Origin: Jeotgalibacillus sp. ET6
Lineage (GTDB): Bacteria; Bacillota; Bacilli; Bacillales; Jeotgalibacillaceae
Reading direction: 5' to 3'
Length of the DNA: 24,000 nucleotides
NCBI RefSeq assembly: GCF_029667115.1
Contig: NZ_JARUIU010000003.1
Span: 485,906 to 509,905 of the forward strand
Below, piece by piece: positions 1 through 8,327 of this stretch (position 1 is its first letter; every line of letters begins with the position of its first letter). The translations under genes were made by a program, and so were the position numbers. A model generated the notes under the pieces. It was given only the letters and a program-made list of their open reading frames with translations, was not told the origin of the DNA and did not search any database.

Positions 1-176
1 GCGGGTTTCCGCAAACGAGGTCCCATTCTCTTTTTCTCAGCCTATCCCACCGCACATCCCTTGAAAATTTCTGGCTTTGCGGAGACTCTGTGTTCCCGGG
101 CGGCGGCACCATTGGAGTATCAGTCAGCGGCTACCACTGCTTTCATTCGATTACCGGACGTAAACTGATTCAGTAG
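1..176 (+). CDS. 3' end of an FAD-dependent oxidoreductase (phytoene-desaturase / amine-oxidase-like), truncated by the window edge
   Basis: Frame 3 (nt 3-176, stop TAG at 174-176) reads ...SLENFWLCGDSVFPGGGTIGVSVSGYHCFHSITGRKLIQ*. This resembles the conserved C-terminal LY-x-G-D/A-x-x-x-PGGG-x-x-G FAD-contact motif of CrtI/CrtN-type oxidoreductases. It is absent from the ORF track because it is shorter than 60 aa. Confidence 0.45.
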   Translation, partial: GFPQTRSHSLFLSLSHRTSLENFWLCGDSVFPGGGTIGVSVSGYHCFHSITGRKLIQ

Positions 177-219
177 GTGTTGTTCAATGGAGTTATCAAT
201 TCAAGAATAGTAGAATATT

Positions 220-243
220 AAAAGCTTCCAGGGGTAGCTTTTG
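220..243. terminator. Weak stem-loop between convergent genes (possible bidirectional terminator)
   Basis: AAAAGCT-tccaggggt-AGCTTTT forms a 7-bp A/T-rich stem. It lies between the stop of the partial + strand ORF (176) and the stop of the minus-strand VOC gene (251). Confidence 0.3.
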
Positions 244-250
244 TCTCTTT

Positions 251-622
251 CTAGCTCTTCCATTCCAGCAACTCTATGCGGTTTCCAAATGGATCCTCTG
301 CATAGATTCTGTTTGCGCCTGGAAGCAAATCATCCTCCACAAATGAAATGTCATGATGGATTAAATGCTTTTTCAGCTCCTCCAACTTCTGCACTTCAAA
401 AGCAGGATGCGCTTTTTTGGCAGGGATAAAAGGCTCCTCAATACCGAGGTGAAGCTGATTTTCACCAGCTCTAAACCAAACGCCCCCGCGAGCCCTCAGC
501 ACTTCTGGCTTTTCTACTTCTTCAAAACCCAGAATGCCGGTATAGAATGCTCTTGCCATCCCCTCCGAGCCTTTTGGTGCGGCTAACTGAACATGATCAA
601 TTCGTTTAAATGTAAATAACAT
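251..622 (-). CDS. VOC / glyoxalase-bleomycin resistance-dioxygenase family protein
   Basis: 123-aa ORF. The start IDHVQLAAPKG...AFYTGILGF and the C-terminal DPFGNRIEL are typical of the glyoxalase/VOC fold. The SD GGGAGGG lies 5 nt upstream of the ATG. Confidence 0.85.
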   Translation of the reverse strand: MLFTFKRIDHVQLAAPKGSEGMARAFYTGILGFEEVEKPEVLRARGGVWFRAGENQLHLGIEEPFIPAKKAHPAFEVQKLEELKKHLIHHDISFVEDDLLPGANRIYAEDPFGNRIELLEWKS

Positions 623-822
623 GATAACCCTCCCTTTTCCTTCTGATTTTAGTTTACAGCTAAGTATTTGATAAGTATAATCGCTATTTCTTCTTATTTA
701 TCATAAGTTTTAATTATGAGATCAGAATACATAAAAAAAGCTTTTGAGGCAGAAAGGTCTAAAATCAAGCTGCTTAGAAAGATTTCTTTTAAATCAAATA
801 ATAGAATGCTAGAATATGTTGA

Positions 823-1794
823 TTAATAGACTCGTTCGATTTCATATCCATCCTTTTCAAGCTCACTTAGTACACTTGGTTCAATGACAACGTGAGCTGA
901 ACCGATGATCACAAAGTAGGTCTGCCCATCATCCCTTTGCAGGATCTCATCAAGCTTGTTCGCCATATTTATATTGCGGTTATCATTCAACCCCAGTTGA
1001 TACTCTTCATCGAAACTTCCAAAACCCTCTGACAGCTGATCAACAAGACCATCCTTATCACCATGAATCCAATCATATCCCAACTCATCTAGCGAGCTCC
1101 CCGTTTCTTCAAAATTCTCTAAGGTGCTTTCTAACATTTCCACTTGTGTTTTCATACTGTTGCCACTTAGAACATCATATTGCAGTTCAATGGTTTCTAA
1201 TTCAACGATTTCTTTATTGTCCTCTAAAGACCGCTGAAGAAAATATAAATCAACGCCATACTCTGGTGCCAAATCACTTTCTTTATGACTGAATTCTCCT
1301 AATAGCATTCCTATGAACCATGGCTCAAAATCCTCATAATTTTCTATTGCCATTTCGTTTTCTTCAAATAGATCGGAGAGTTTCGCATAAGCCTCTTCCG
1401 ACAAAACGTCATCTAAATTTGTATCACCTTCGAACAATGCCATTTCATTAATTTCTTCTTCATTCACTTCCGCTTCAAACATATTAATTTCCGGAAGAAC
1501 AACATCTGAACTCTCATAAGCTTTTTCAATTTCAGGCGCAAGAGGATAAAAGTCTTCATGACCCAAATGTATGGTTCCTTGAACGTACATAGTCGTTTCG
1601 CCATGAACCACTTTCCATAAGAGTCCTCCATCTCCTTCATAGTCCTGACCCGTTCCACTCGTTTCCTCTTCGGTCTCTTGCAATGGCGATTCTGAACCTT
1701 GTTCTGCATCATTATCATTGCTTGAACAACCGGCTGCAAAAAGCATCACTGACAAAAAAAGATTCCTATGATTCGTTTTTTCATTGATCTTCAT
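823..1794 (-). CDS. TraB/GumN family lipoprotein
   Basis: 323-aa ORF. The N-terminus MKINEKTNHRNLFLSVMLFAAGC is a lipoprotein-like signal with a Cys. The motifs LWKV..TTMYVQGTIHLG and FVIIGSAHVV match TraB/GumN family signatures. Confidence 0.75.
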   Translation of the reverse strand: MKINEKTNHRNLFLSVMLFAAGCSSNDNDAEQGSESPLQETEEETSGTGQDYEGDGGLLWKVVHGETTMYVQGTIHLGHEDFYPLAPEIEKAYESSDVVLPEINMFEAEVNEEEINEMALFEGDTNLDDVLSEEAYAKLSDLFEENEMAIENYEDFEPWFIGMLLGEFSHKESDLAPEYGVDLYFLQRSLEDNKEIVELETIELQYDVLSGNSMKTQVEMLESTLENFEETGSSLDELGYDWIHGDKDGLVDQLSEGFGSFDEEYQLGLNDNRNINMANKLDEILQRDDGQTYFVIIGSAHVVIEPSVLSELEKDGYEIERVY

Positions 1795-1854
1795 CCTCTC
1801 TTGTAATGGGTGCGTGTTATGCTTTCAAAACATCAGCTTGAGTGTAACCCCGAA

Positions 1855-2523
1855 TTAACCTTCCCCCGCATTGATATTTTCAATGTCAATCAACCAATGA
1901 TTCTTCATCATGAGAGCCCGTTCTGTTCCAGCTAAAGCCGCTGCAATACCGATTGCAAAATTTGTCCAAACTGACAAATTGATTGGCGAGTTGAATGTCC
2001 CTATATTTTGGGATATCCATGGGATGTCTGAAAATGATTCCATTACTTGAGTTAGTCCTAACGTCAAGGAAATTAATAAGGTTACGATTGCAATTAATCC
2101 GATAAATCCGCTAATTTTCGGAAATTGTTTATGCAGCCACAACCGGAAACCTCTGATCGAACGTTTATCCGGAAATACTGAAAACGCATCTTCATGTTCA
2201 GTAAAATAATGAATGCCGCTGATTCCAGTTGAACTTGTCTTTACTTCTATTGCCCCGCGATCGGTTGGCAGAACTGCCGGAAGCTTTGAGAAGGCTACAT
2301 GCCTGCCCTCCTTGTACAAATCAACTCTGGGCTCTTCAACAAAGTAGTTAGACTTAATGGCATAGTTTGTTCTTTTCCCATCCCTGTCGTTTATGATTTC
2401 TATATGAAACAATGAGTGTGTGAATATATTCCAAATTCGGTACTCTTTTAAACGATGCCCATCCCCCTCTTTTACTTTTTTCAATTTTCTACGACGTTTA
2501 TTCTTTTGTATAGACCGGAGCAT
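1855..2523 (-). CDS. Hypothetical membrane protein (basic N-terminus, soluble middle domain, two C-terminal TM helices)
   Basis: 222-aa ORF with SD GGGGAGA upstream. Hydrophobic stretches are ISGFIGLIAIVTLLISLTLGL and VWTNFAIGIAAALAG. I do not recognise a family. Confidence 0.6.
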   Translation of the reverse strand: MLRSIQKNKRRRKLKKVKEGDGHRLKEYRIWNIFTHSLFHIEIINDRDGKRTNYAIKSNYFVEEPRVDLYKEGRHVAFSKLPAVLPTDRGAIEVKTSSTGISGIHYFTEHEDAFSVFPDKRSIRGFRLWLHKQFPKISGFIGLIAIVTLLISLTLGLTQVMESFSDIPWISQNIGTFNSPINLSVWTNFAIGIAAALAGTERALMMKNHWLIDIENINAGEG

Positions 2524-2566
2524 CCTTCATTCTCCCCTCTCTGGATGTTGATTAAATGTTTTTTAT

Positions 2567-2587
2567 ACTGACTAATCAATCAGTTTT
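2567..2587. promoter_or_regulatory. Imperfect palindrome, candidate TetR operator upstream of the 1855-2523 gene
   Basis: ACTGACTAATCAATCAGTTTT (ACTGA...TCAGT arms). A related ACTGGATGATCAGTTTT lies upstream of the tetR-family gene at 3322-3338. Confidence 0.3.
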
Positions 2588-2625
2588 CACTTAAAAAAAT
2601 ATAACGGTAAACTTAACTATTTATT

Positions 2626-2660
2626 CATAACGAATGCAAGAAGGTCTTGCACCCGTTATG
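2626..2660 (-). terminator. Stem-loop downstream of the TetR-family gene
   Basis: CATAACG..TGCAAG-aaggt-CTTGCA..CGTTATG forms nested stems of 7+6 bp about 20 nt after the stop at 2679. There is no clean U-tract, so the terminator call is tentative. Confidence 0.4.
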
Positions 2661-2678
2661 CAAATCTTTAGTACTATG

Positions 2679-3278
2679 TTATTTAATCATTTTTAAAATA
2701 TTCTTTTTCACCTTGTCGCTGTAATCCTCTAATCTTGGATCGTTATCATCTAGAGGTAAAGACATGGATAGCGAGATGGCCCCTCTAATGATTAAAGCAA
2801 CTACTTTACAATCAAAGTCGCTGAACTCATTAGATTTTTGTCCCTCGGCTAAGATCTCTTCCAGTAATACATTCAGCTCTTCTTCAGGATTAATTTCCGT
2901 CTTGAAATAAGGTACATTGTTCGGCGGACGCACATTAAAAACAATTTCTAATAATGCAGTGGTATTTTCACGTTTTATACCGCGGTAAGCAATGCCTTCT
3001 TCTATAAATGTCATTAATTTTTCCGTATACGTTTGTGCTTTTTCTACTTTTTCCTTAATAAAAGCTTGCTCTTGTTCCGCCAAATAAAGCAGCGTATTAT
3101 TCATCAAATCTTCCTTGCCTGAAAAGTGGTACGAAATTAATCCTGTACTCGTTTTTGCATTACTGGCTATTTTAGAAAGACTTGTGTTGATATAACCATA
3201 GTCCTTTAATACTTCGACAGCGGCTATAATGATTTGTTCTTTACGTGCATCAGCTATATAATATTGTTTATTTTTCAT
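2679..3278 (-). CDS. TetR/AcrR family transcriptional regulator
   Basis: 199-aa ORF. The N-terminal HTH IIAAVEVLKDYGYINTSLSKIASNAKTSTGLISYHFSGKEDL is a classic TetR_N signature. Confidence 0.9.
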   Translation of the reverse strand: MKNKQYYIADARKEQIIIAAVEVLKDYGYINTSLSKIASNAKTSTGLISYHFSGKEDLMNNTLLYLAEQEQAFIKEKVEKAQTYTEKLMTFIEEGIAYRGIKRENTTALLEIVFNVRPPNNVPYFKTEINPEEELNVLLEEILAEGQKSNEFSDFDCKVVALIIRGAISLSMSLPLDDNDPRLEDYSDKVKKNILKMIK

Positions 3279-3321
3279 GTTTAACCTGCCTTTGATTTTT
3301 GATTACCTATTCTTTATTTTG

Positions 3322-3338
3322 ACTGGATGATCAGTTTT
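3322..3338. promoter_or_regulatory. Candidate TetR operator upstream of the tetR-family gene
   Basis: ACTGGATGATCAGTTTT shares the ACTG-N-ATCAGTTTT core with 2567-2587. It also contains GATGATC, whose inverted copy GATCATC lies at 3349-3355. Confidence 0.3.
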
Positions 3339-3440
3339 ATTGTAAACCGATCATCTAATGCTGTCAAGCTTATGTAATATCAATGCTGCTGAAGACAATC
3401 CCTTGATAAGAGTAAGCAGCAGCTGTTGCCAGGCCTCTGG

Positions 3441-3473
3441 AATAAAAAAGCCCCTGCGCCTCAGCACAGGGAC
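3441..3473 (-). terminator. Rho-independent terminator of the aldo/keto reductase gene
   Basis: The minus strand reads GTCCCTG-tgctgaggcg-CAGGGGC followed by TTTTTTATT, about 20 nt after the stop at 3495. Confidence 0.6.
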
Positions 3474-3494
3474 TGCTTCTTAATTATTCAACTT

Positions 3495-4481
3495 TTACTT
3501 TTGAGGCAGCGGAGCGTTAGCCGATATCAGCTCTTTATTAACAAGCTCCTCCCAAAAAGCAGCCGGGATGTCTGCTTTAAGCGCCTGTAGATCTTCTTTA
3601 ATACGGTCAGGTCTTGTAGATCCCGTCACAACCGCTTTTACTGCAGGATGTGCTGTAGAGAACTGAAGCGCAGCATCTTTCAAGTGAACGCCATGCTTTT
3701 GCGCAACTTCATTAAAGCGTTTCACCCGCTCCTTGATTTCAGGAGTGATTTCCTGATAATCAAAAAAGTCTCCTCCAAGTAAAGCACCGGAGTTAAATGC
3801 GCCTCCGATTACCAGACCGCCATTTTTCTCCTCTGCTAACGGCATCATTCTTTCCAATGCCCGCTCATGCTGCAAGAGCGTGTATTGGGTTGCAGAAAGG
3901 CTCAAATTAGGATGGGCTTCCTCGAGCTCCAGAGCCACTTCGATTGGAACCGTGGTATTCACACCAAGACCCCAGGCTGAAATATAACCGCCTTCTTTCA
4001 GTCTATCGAGCACTTTGAAGGCTCCTTTTCGTGCTTCATCAAACTTTGTGATCCATTCATCTCCAAGAAAATCAGGTGAAATATCATGGACATACACAAT
4101 ATCCAGTCGATCTGTTTTCAGACGCTTCATACTTTCCTCAATCGATTTAAGTGTTCCTTCTTCCGTATAATCTGTTTTAATTTTATTCTTTCGTCCGTAC
4201 TCAAACAGACCCTCTTTTTCTTCTTCTTCATCAAGCACAATACGGCCGACTTTCGTGCTCAGCACATACTCATCTCGATCATAAGCTGATAATGCCTCTC
4301 CAAGTCTAGACTCGGCTAGACCAGCACCATAAAAAGGCGCTGTGTCAAAATACCGGACACCTTCATCCCAGGCAGATTGAATCGTTTCCATCGCTTCTTT
4401 CTCAGGAACTTCCCTGAACATATTTCCAAGCGGCGCTGTACCTAAGCCAATTTTATTTTTTATAGTAAGTTCTTTTGCCAT
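3495..4481 (-). CDS. Aldo/keto reductase family oxidoreductase
   Basis: MAKELTIKNKIGLGTAPLGN...YFDTAPFYG...VLSTKVG...DIVYVHD are AKR signatures. The start is moved from the track's 4544 to the ATG at 4481, which has SD AAGAGG about 8 nt upstream. The 21-aa upstream extension has no SD. Confidence 0.9.
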   Translation of the reverse strand: MAKELTIKNKIGLGTAPLGNMFREVPEKEAMETIQSAWDEGVRYFDTAPFYGAGLAESRLGEALSAYDRDEYVLSTKVGRIVLDEEEEKEGLFEYGRKNKIKTDYTEEGTLKSIEESMKRLKTDRLDIVYVHDISPDFLGDEWITKFDEARKGAFKVLDRLKEGGYISAWGLGVNTTVPIEVALELEEAHPNLSLSATQYTLLQHERALERMMPLAEEKNGGLVIGGAFNSGALLGGDFFDYQEITPEIKERVKRFNEVAQKHGVHLKDAALQFSTAHPAVKAVVTGSTRPDRIKEDLQALKADIPAAFWEELVNKELISANAPLPQK

Positions 4482-4628
4482 TAAAAACACCTCTTTTATA
4501 ACGATTGACCCTATGAAACTAAGCGTATTTGCGCGCTGATTCATTCATTTCGGCCATACGGTTTTGTACCCTTTTTTGAGGCTGGATAAACTGATCGGCT
4601 GCTTTCACCCGTTTGATCCATAATCGCT

Positions 4629-5108
4629 TCAGACCATTAAATCATTTTCCGCTTTCATCCCAATCGCCTGCTTTAAAAGCCGTTGAAGCACTGCTGCAAA
4701 TATGGCAATGACAAGTGATGCACCAATAGGCACCATTCCAATTAGAATGAGCCCGGGGGCATCATCGAGTTCTGCTGCAAGAAAAACAAATGGAAGAATA
4801 GCCGCGTACACCACGCTGATCATAAGAGCACAGTGCTTAATATTTTTAAGCGCTTTAACGGACAATGAAGAGAATGCCTGATTTTTGTCGATATAGCTTA
4901 ACAGGTTAAAAGCCTGGAATAACGTAATAAAATACGGAATAACTGAAATATACAGCCCTATGACAATGGGATATAAAATGTGGGAATAGTCCGGGTTGAC
5001 GGGATTATTTGCTAACCATGGAATGGCGATGACCCCCAAAACAAGAACCGGAATGCCCATAAGAATGACAGCAGCTTTTAGAAATAGCGTTGATCCCTGT
5101 TTAAACAT
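4629..5108 (-). CDS. DUF2975 family membrane protein
   Basis: Four or five TM segments. The start MFKQGSTLFLKAAVILMGIPVLVLGV and the overall layout match DUF2975. The start is set at the ATG at 5108 (SD GAGGTG 4 nt upstream), because the track's GTG at 5120 lies inside that SD. Confidence 0.7.
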   Translation of the reverse strand: MFKQGSTLFLKAAVILMGIPVLVLGVIAIPWLANNPVNPDYSHILYPIVIGLYISVIPYFITLFQAFNLLSYIDKNQAFSSLSVKALKNIKHCALMISVVYAAILPFVFLAAELDDAPGLILIGMVPIGASLVIAIFAAVLQRLLKQAIGMKAENDLMV

Positions 5109-5139
5109 AAAGCACCTCACTCACGTATGTTTTAAAAAG

Positions 5140-5186
5140 ATTCTAGCACTTTATTTATTGATTATCAATAAATTTTTATTGATTAT
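5140..5186 (-). promoter_or_regulatory. Sigma-A type promoter with overlapping palindromic operator, upstream of the DUF2975 gene
   Basis: Minus strand: TTGATA (5163-5168) - 17 nt - TGcTAGAAT (-10 at 5140-5145, extended TG). A 17-bp palindrome TTATTGAT-t-ATCAATAA (5155-5171) overlaps the -35. The 11-mer TTATTGATTAT recurs at 5176-5186, a 21-bp offset. Confidence 0.55.
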
Positions 5187-5270
5187 AATAATTTTATGAA
5201 ATTGAGCAAAGAAAAAACACTTCTTAATGAAAAGAAATGCTCAAGAGTAATGTCTTATTTTACATGCTCG

Positions 5271-6236
5271 TTATCTCCACCACTCAAAAGAAGGGTAATT
5301 TTCAGATTGAATCAGCACTGACTCTCCCATCTTAGGTGTTGAAATGATTATGTTATGACTGATCGCTGCTTTTGTCACCCGCTCCACCGGATCCGTCCAC
5401 GAATGAAAAGCCAGCGTGAAGGCTCCCCAGTGAACCGGGATTAACACTCTCCCCCTGACATCAAGATGTGCCTGCACCGTCTCTTCCGGCCGCATATGAA
5501 TCGCCGACCAACGCTCGTCATATTGACCGCACTCGAGCAAGGTCAGATCAAATGGACCGTATGATTCTCCGATTTCTCTAAAATGGGGGCCATAGCCGCT
5601 GTCTCCGCTGTAAAATATTTTTGTTTCGTCTCCGAGAATGACCCATGAACACCATAAGGTCGAATTCCGGTCAAATAATCCTCTTCCGGAAAAATGTCTC
5701 GCCGGGGTGCAAACGAGTTTTAGACCTTCCCATTGCAGCTCGTCCCACCAGCCAAGTTCCGTGATTTTTTCATGTGAAACACCCCACTTCGTTAGGCGCT
5801 TGCCCACACCGAGTGGAACGATAAATCGCTTCGTTTTAGTCTGTAATTGTATAATAGAATCACGATCCAGGTGGTCATAATGGTCATGGGAAAGGATGAT
5901 CGCATCCACTTCCGAAAAGTGCTCAGGCTTTACTGGAACCTCTCGTTCATAACGTTTCGTTCCTGCCCAGGAAAATGGAGAAGGACGTGAACCCAACATC
6001 GGATCAACTAAAACTCTTTTTCCTTCTATTTCCATATAAAAAGCTGAATGACCGAACCATGTAACTCGTGAGACATCGGAGGGCGGAAGGGTTTTATCCT
6101 GTTTAAAAGACGTTGCGGAAATAGATTTGGAAGGCCTCTGATCCGCTATTCCTTTAACCGAATCCTTTACCATGCTCAGCAAGGACTTCCATCCCATATT
6201 CATATTTGTGGGAATTTGGTTTTTATATTTTTTCAT
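5271..6236 (-). CDS. MBL-fold metallo-hydrolase (NAPE-PLD-like Zn hydrolase)
   Basis: 321-aa ORF with the metal-binding motif ILSHDHYDHLD and later DSGY and HWG elements. SD TAGGAG lies 7 nt upstream of the ATG. Confidence 0.85.
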   Translation of the reverse strand: MKKYKNQIPTNMNMGWKSLLSMVKDSVKGIADQRPSKSISATSFKQDKTLPPSDVSRVTWFGHSAFYMEIEGKRVLVDPMLGSRPSPFSWAGTKRYEREVPVKPEHFSEVDAIILSHDHYDHLDRDSIIQLQTKTKRFIVPLGVGKRLTKWGVSHEKITELGWWDELQWEGLKLVCTPARHFSGRGLFDRNSTLWCSWVILGDETKIFYSGDSGYGPHFREIGESYGPFDLTLLECGQYDERWSAIHMRPEETVQAHLDVRGRVLIPVHWGAFTLAFHSWTDPVERVTKAAISHNIIISTPKMGESVLIQSENYPSFEWWR

Positions 6237-6272
6237 AAATATGCTCCTAGTTATTCATAAGTACGACCGATT

Positions 6273-6866
6273 TTAATCTCTTAACCCTTTTCCGTCCATG
6301 ATTTTCTCCATCGCTTTTTCAATTCTGGACTCCCGGGTTTTTGCTTGTTTTACTTCAGAGAAATAAAGTAGATACCCTCTCTGCCGTCCTGGTGTTAAAG
6401 CTTCAAACGCTGTCTTTAATTCAGGCATTTCTTCGAATTTATGCTGCAGCTCTTCAGGTACAGTATACTCAGACGTGTCTTTAAAATCGATTTCCAAGCC
6501 TGCTTTTTCGATCTCGATCGCGTTTTGAATGTACATCTTTATCGTTTCTCCAAGAGCTGTAATTTCTTCCGCCTGAGAAAAGCGAATTTGACGGGCGGCC
6601 TGGGAATTTTTCGTCTGTTGGATTAAGAGGTGGTCCGGGTCCTTCATCAGAGCCCCTTTTTGAAACATAATCGCACAGTAGTCTTTAAAGCCGTGAATGA
6701 TCACCACATTTTTCCCGTCAACTGTGTAACAGGGATGCATCCATTTAAAATCCTCCGTCAGACCGCATTCAAGCATCAGTTCCCTCAGCTTTTGAAACTC
6801 AGCCTGCCACTTTTTCTCTTTCTTTAAAAAGCCATCCACTTTGCGGCTTGCGATGCTTTTCGTCAT
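6273..6866 (-). CDS. YdeI/OmpD-associated family protein with DUF1801-like N-terminal half
   Basis: W...EFQKLRELMLECGLTEDFKWMHPCYTVDGKNVV matches the DUF1801/YdhG-like type. The C-terminal FEALTPGRQRGYLLYFSEVKQAKTRESRIEK matches the YdeI type. The start is set at the ATG at 6866 (SD AAAGGAG 7 nt upstream). Confidence 0.75.
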   Translation of the reverse strand: MTKSIASRKVDGFLKKEKKWQAEFQKLRELMLECGLTEDFKWMHPCYTVDGKNVVIIHGFKDYCAIMFQKGALMKDPDHLLIQQTKNSQAARQIRFSQAEEITALGETIKMYIQNAIEIEKAGLEIDFKDTSEYTVPEELQHKFEEMPELKTAFEALTPGRQRGYLLYFSEVKQAKTRESRIEKAMEKIMDGKGLRD

Positions 6867-7036
6867 GTACAAGCTCCTTTCCTGTGCCTGTTAATGTATT
6901 TGAATATATTTACTTTTTAATTCAACTGAACATTCATTTATACAGTTTCTTCGATTTAATCTACCATTTTATGTTAACGTTAAATTGATTTAATTTTATA
7001 AATATTAAACGTGCAAATCAAGGAGGTGTGAGGTTT

Positions 7037-7216
7037 TTGAATAATATGGCTATTGAATGGTTTCCAATTCTGATCTTTATTTTATATATTGCAGCATTTG
7101 TTTTTGTCATATGGTTTATGGTCACACTGATTAAGCTGCAGAAGGAAAAGAATGAACATTTAGCTAAGATTTCAAGCGGAATACATTTAGTAAGCAGTAA
7201 AATGGATGACCGCTAA
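7037..7216 (+). CDS. Small single-pass membrane protein (hypothetical)
   Basis: A strong SD AAGGAGG sits at 7020-7026. Candidate starts are TTG 7037 (10-nt spacing) or ATG 7046. The TM helix is WFPILIFILYIAAFVFVIWFMVTLI. No family recognised. Confidence 0.45.
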   Translation: MNNMAIEWFPILIFILYIAAFVFVIWFMVTLIKLQKEKNEHLAKISSGIHLVSSKMDDR

Positions 7217-7313
7217 ATGCATAGGGAGATCTCTTCGCCATGGCATGGCTGTGGTTCAGAAGAGGCATCCCTGTGTGGATTTGTATAATGCGGAAATCGG
7301 ACTGTGTTCCAGC

Positions 7314-7664
7314 TTATTTTCGCAATATCTTTTCCATTGCTTTTCCCTTTGCCAGTTCATCCACCAGCTTGTCCAGGTAACGGATTTCCTGCATGGTTGG
7401 TTCTTCAATATCCTCTACCCTTATCCCGCATATGACCCCTTTAATGAGTGTTCGTGATGCGTTCATCTCTGGTGCTTCCGCAAAGAAGGTTTCAAAATCG
7501 GTCTTCTTTTCCAGCTGCTCTTCTACTTCTTCCTGACTGTACCCTGTCAGCCAGCGGATAATTTCATCCACTTCTGCCTTAGTCCGTCCCTTTTTCTCCG
7601 CCTTTGCGATATAATGCGGGTAAACACTGGCAAAACTCATGGTGTAAATTTTATGCTTAGTCAT
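7314..7664 (-). CDS. DUF2200 domain protein
   Basis: [42 protein letters not shown] is the characteristic DUF2200 N-terminus. The start is set at the ATG at 7664 (SD AAAGGAGAG). The track's 20-aa upstream extension is unsupported. Confidence 0.75.
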   Translation of the reverse strand: MTKHKIYTMSFASVYPHYIAKAEKKGRTKAEVDEIIRWLTGYSQEEVEEQLEKKTDFETFFAEAPEMNASRTLIKGVICGIRVEDIEEPTMQEIRYLDKLVDELAKGKAMEKILRK

Positions 7665-7789
7665 TATGACTCTCCTTTCACAATTTCTTATATTGTTATT
7701 ATACCTATCGCACGCACAAAACAAGTCCTGCTTTTCTAATTTTGCAAATGATATACTTTATTTAAATGATATTTTAGGGGAGATCTGAT

Positions 7790-8248
7790 ATGAATCAAGC
7801 ATCACAGCTCTACTGGGATGAATACTGGCATTCAAAAAACAAAGAAAAACCGAAGAACGTTACAGCGTGGCAGTTTGGCGCTGAACCGGATTACTTGGCT
7901 CAATTAGTCATAGATGGTGTGAAATCAGCGACTTGTTCAGGACTGGTTTTTTATGAACTTGATAATGAACCGCTTCCTGCCGTTGAGGATTACAGTATAG
8001 TTTTAAACAGCAAAGATGAACCTGCAGCGATCATCAGAACGGCAGACGTCCAAGTAATGCCGATGAATGAGGTCCCGGAGGAATTTGCGATTGCTGAAGG
8101 CGAAGGAGATCGAACCTATCGTCATTGGAAAGAGGTTCATACCGCTTTTTTCACAAAGGAACTGCGAGAAGCAGGGTTGGAGTTTACAGAGGATATGATG
8201 CTGGTTTGTGAGCGTTTTGAATTAGTGGATGTTAGAAATAATAGCTAG
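7790..8248 (+). CDS. ASCH domain protein
   Basis: 152-aa ORF. W.FG..PD.LA.LV..G.K.AT.S and EGEGD...WK..H..FF are typical of ASCH (YqfB-like) proteins. SD AGGGGAG lies upstream. Confidence 0.8.
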   Translation: MNQASQLYWDEYWHSKNKEKPKNVTAWQFGAEPDYLAQLVIDGVKSATCSGLVFYELDNEPLPAVEDYSIVLNSKDEPAAIIRTADVQVMPMNEVPEEFAIAEGEGDRTYRHWKEVHTAFFTKELREAGLEFTEDMMLVCERFELVDVRNNS

Positions 8249-8277
8249 AAAACCTGATGCATCTTTCCGCAGGCATA

Positions 8278-8321
8278 ATAAGAGACGCACAATACACTTC
8301 TATGTATTGTGCGTCTCTTAT
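8278..8321. terminator. Bidirectional rho-independent terminator between convergent genes
   Basis: A perfect 19-bp stem ATAAGAGACGCACAATACA / TGTATTGTGCGTCTCTTAT with a 6-nt loop. It lies between the ASCH stop (8248) and the GT2 stop (8328). Confidence 0.8.
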
Positions 8322-8327
8322 ATTAAC

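Noticed and set aside
241-586. + strand ORFs of 62 and 73 aa
   Set aside because: They are antisense to the VOC/glyoxalase gene, which has clear family motifs and a strong SD.
4545-4628. Possible remnant of a small HTH regulator gene downstream of DUF2975
   Set aside because: The open frames here are 26-40 codons, lack usable starts, and do not resemble a YozG-type HTH as far as I can judge by eye.
7206-7457. 83-aa + strand ORF
   Set aside because: It largely overlaps the DUF2200 gene in antisense and has no SD.
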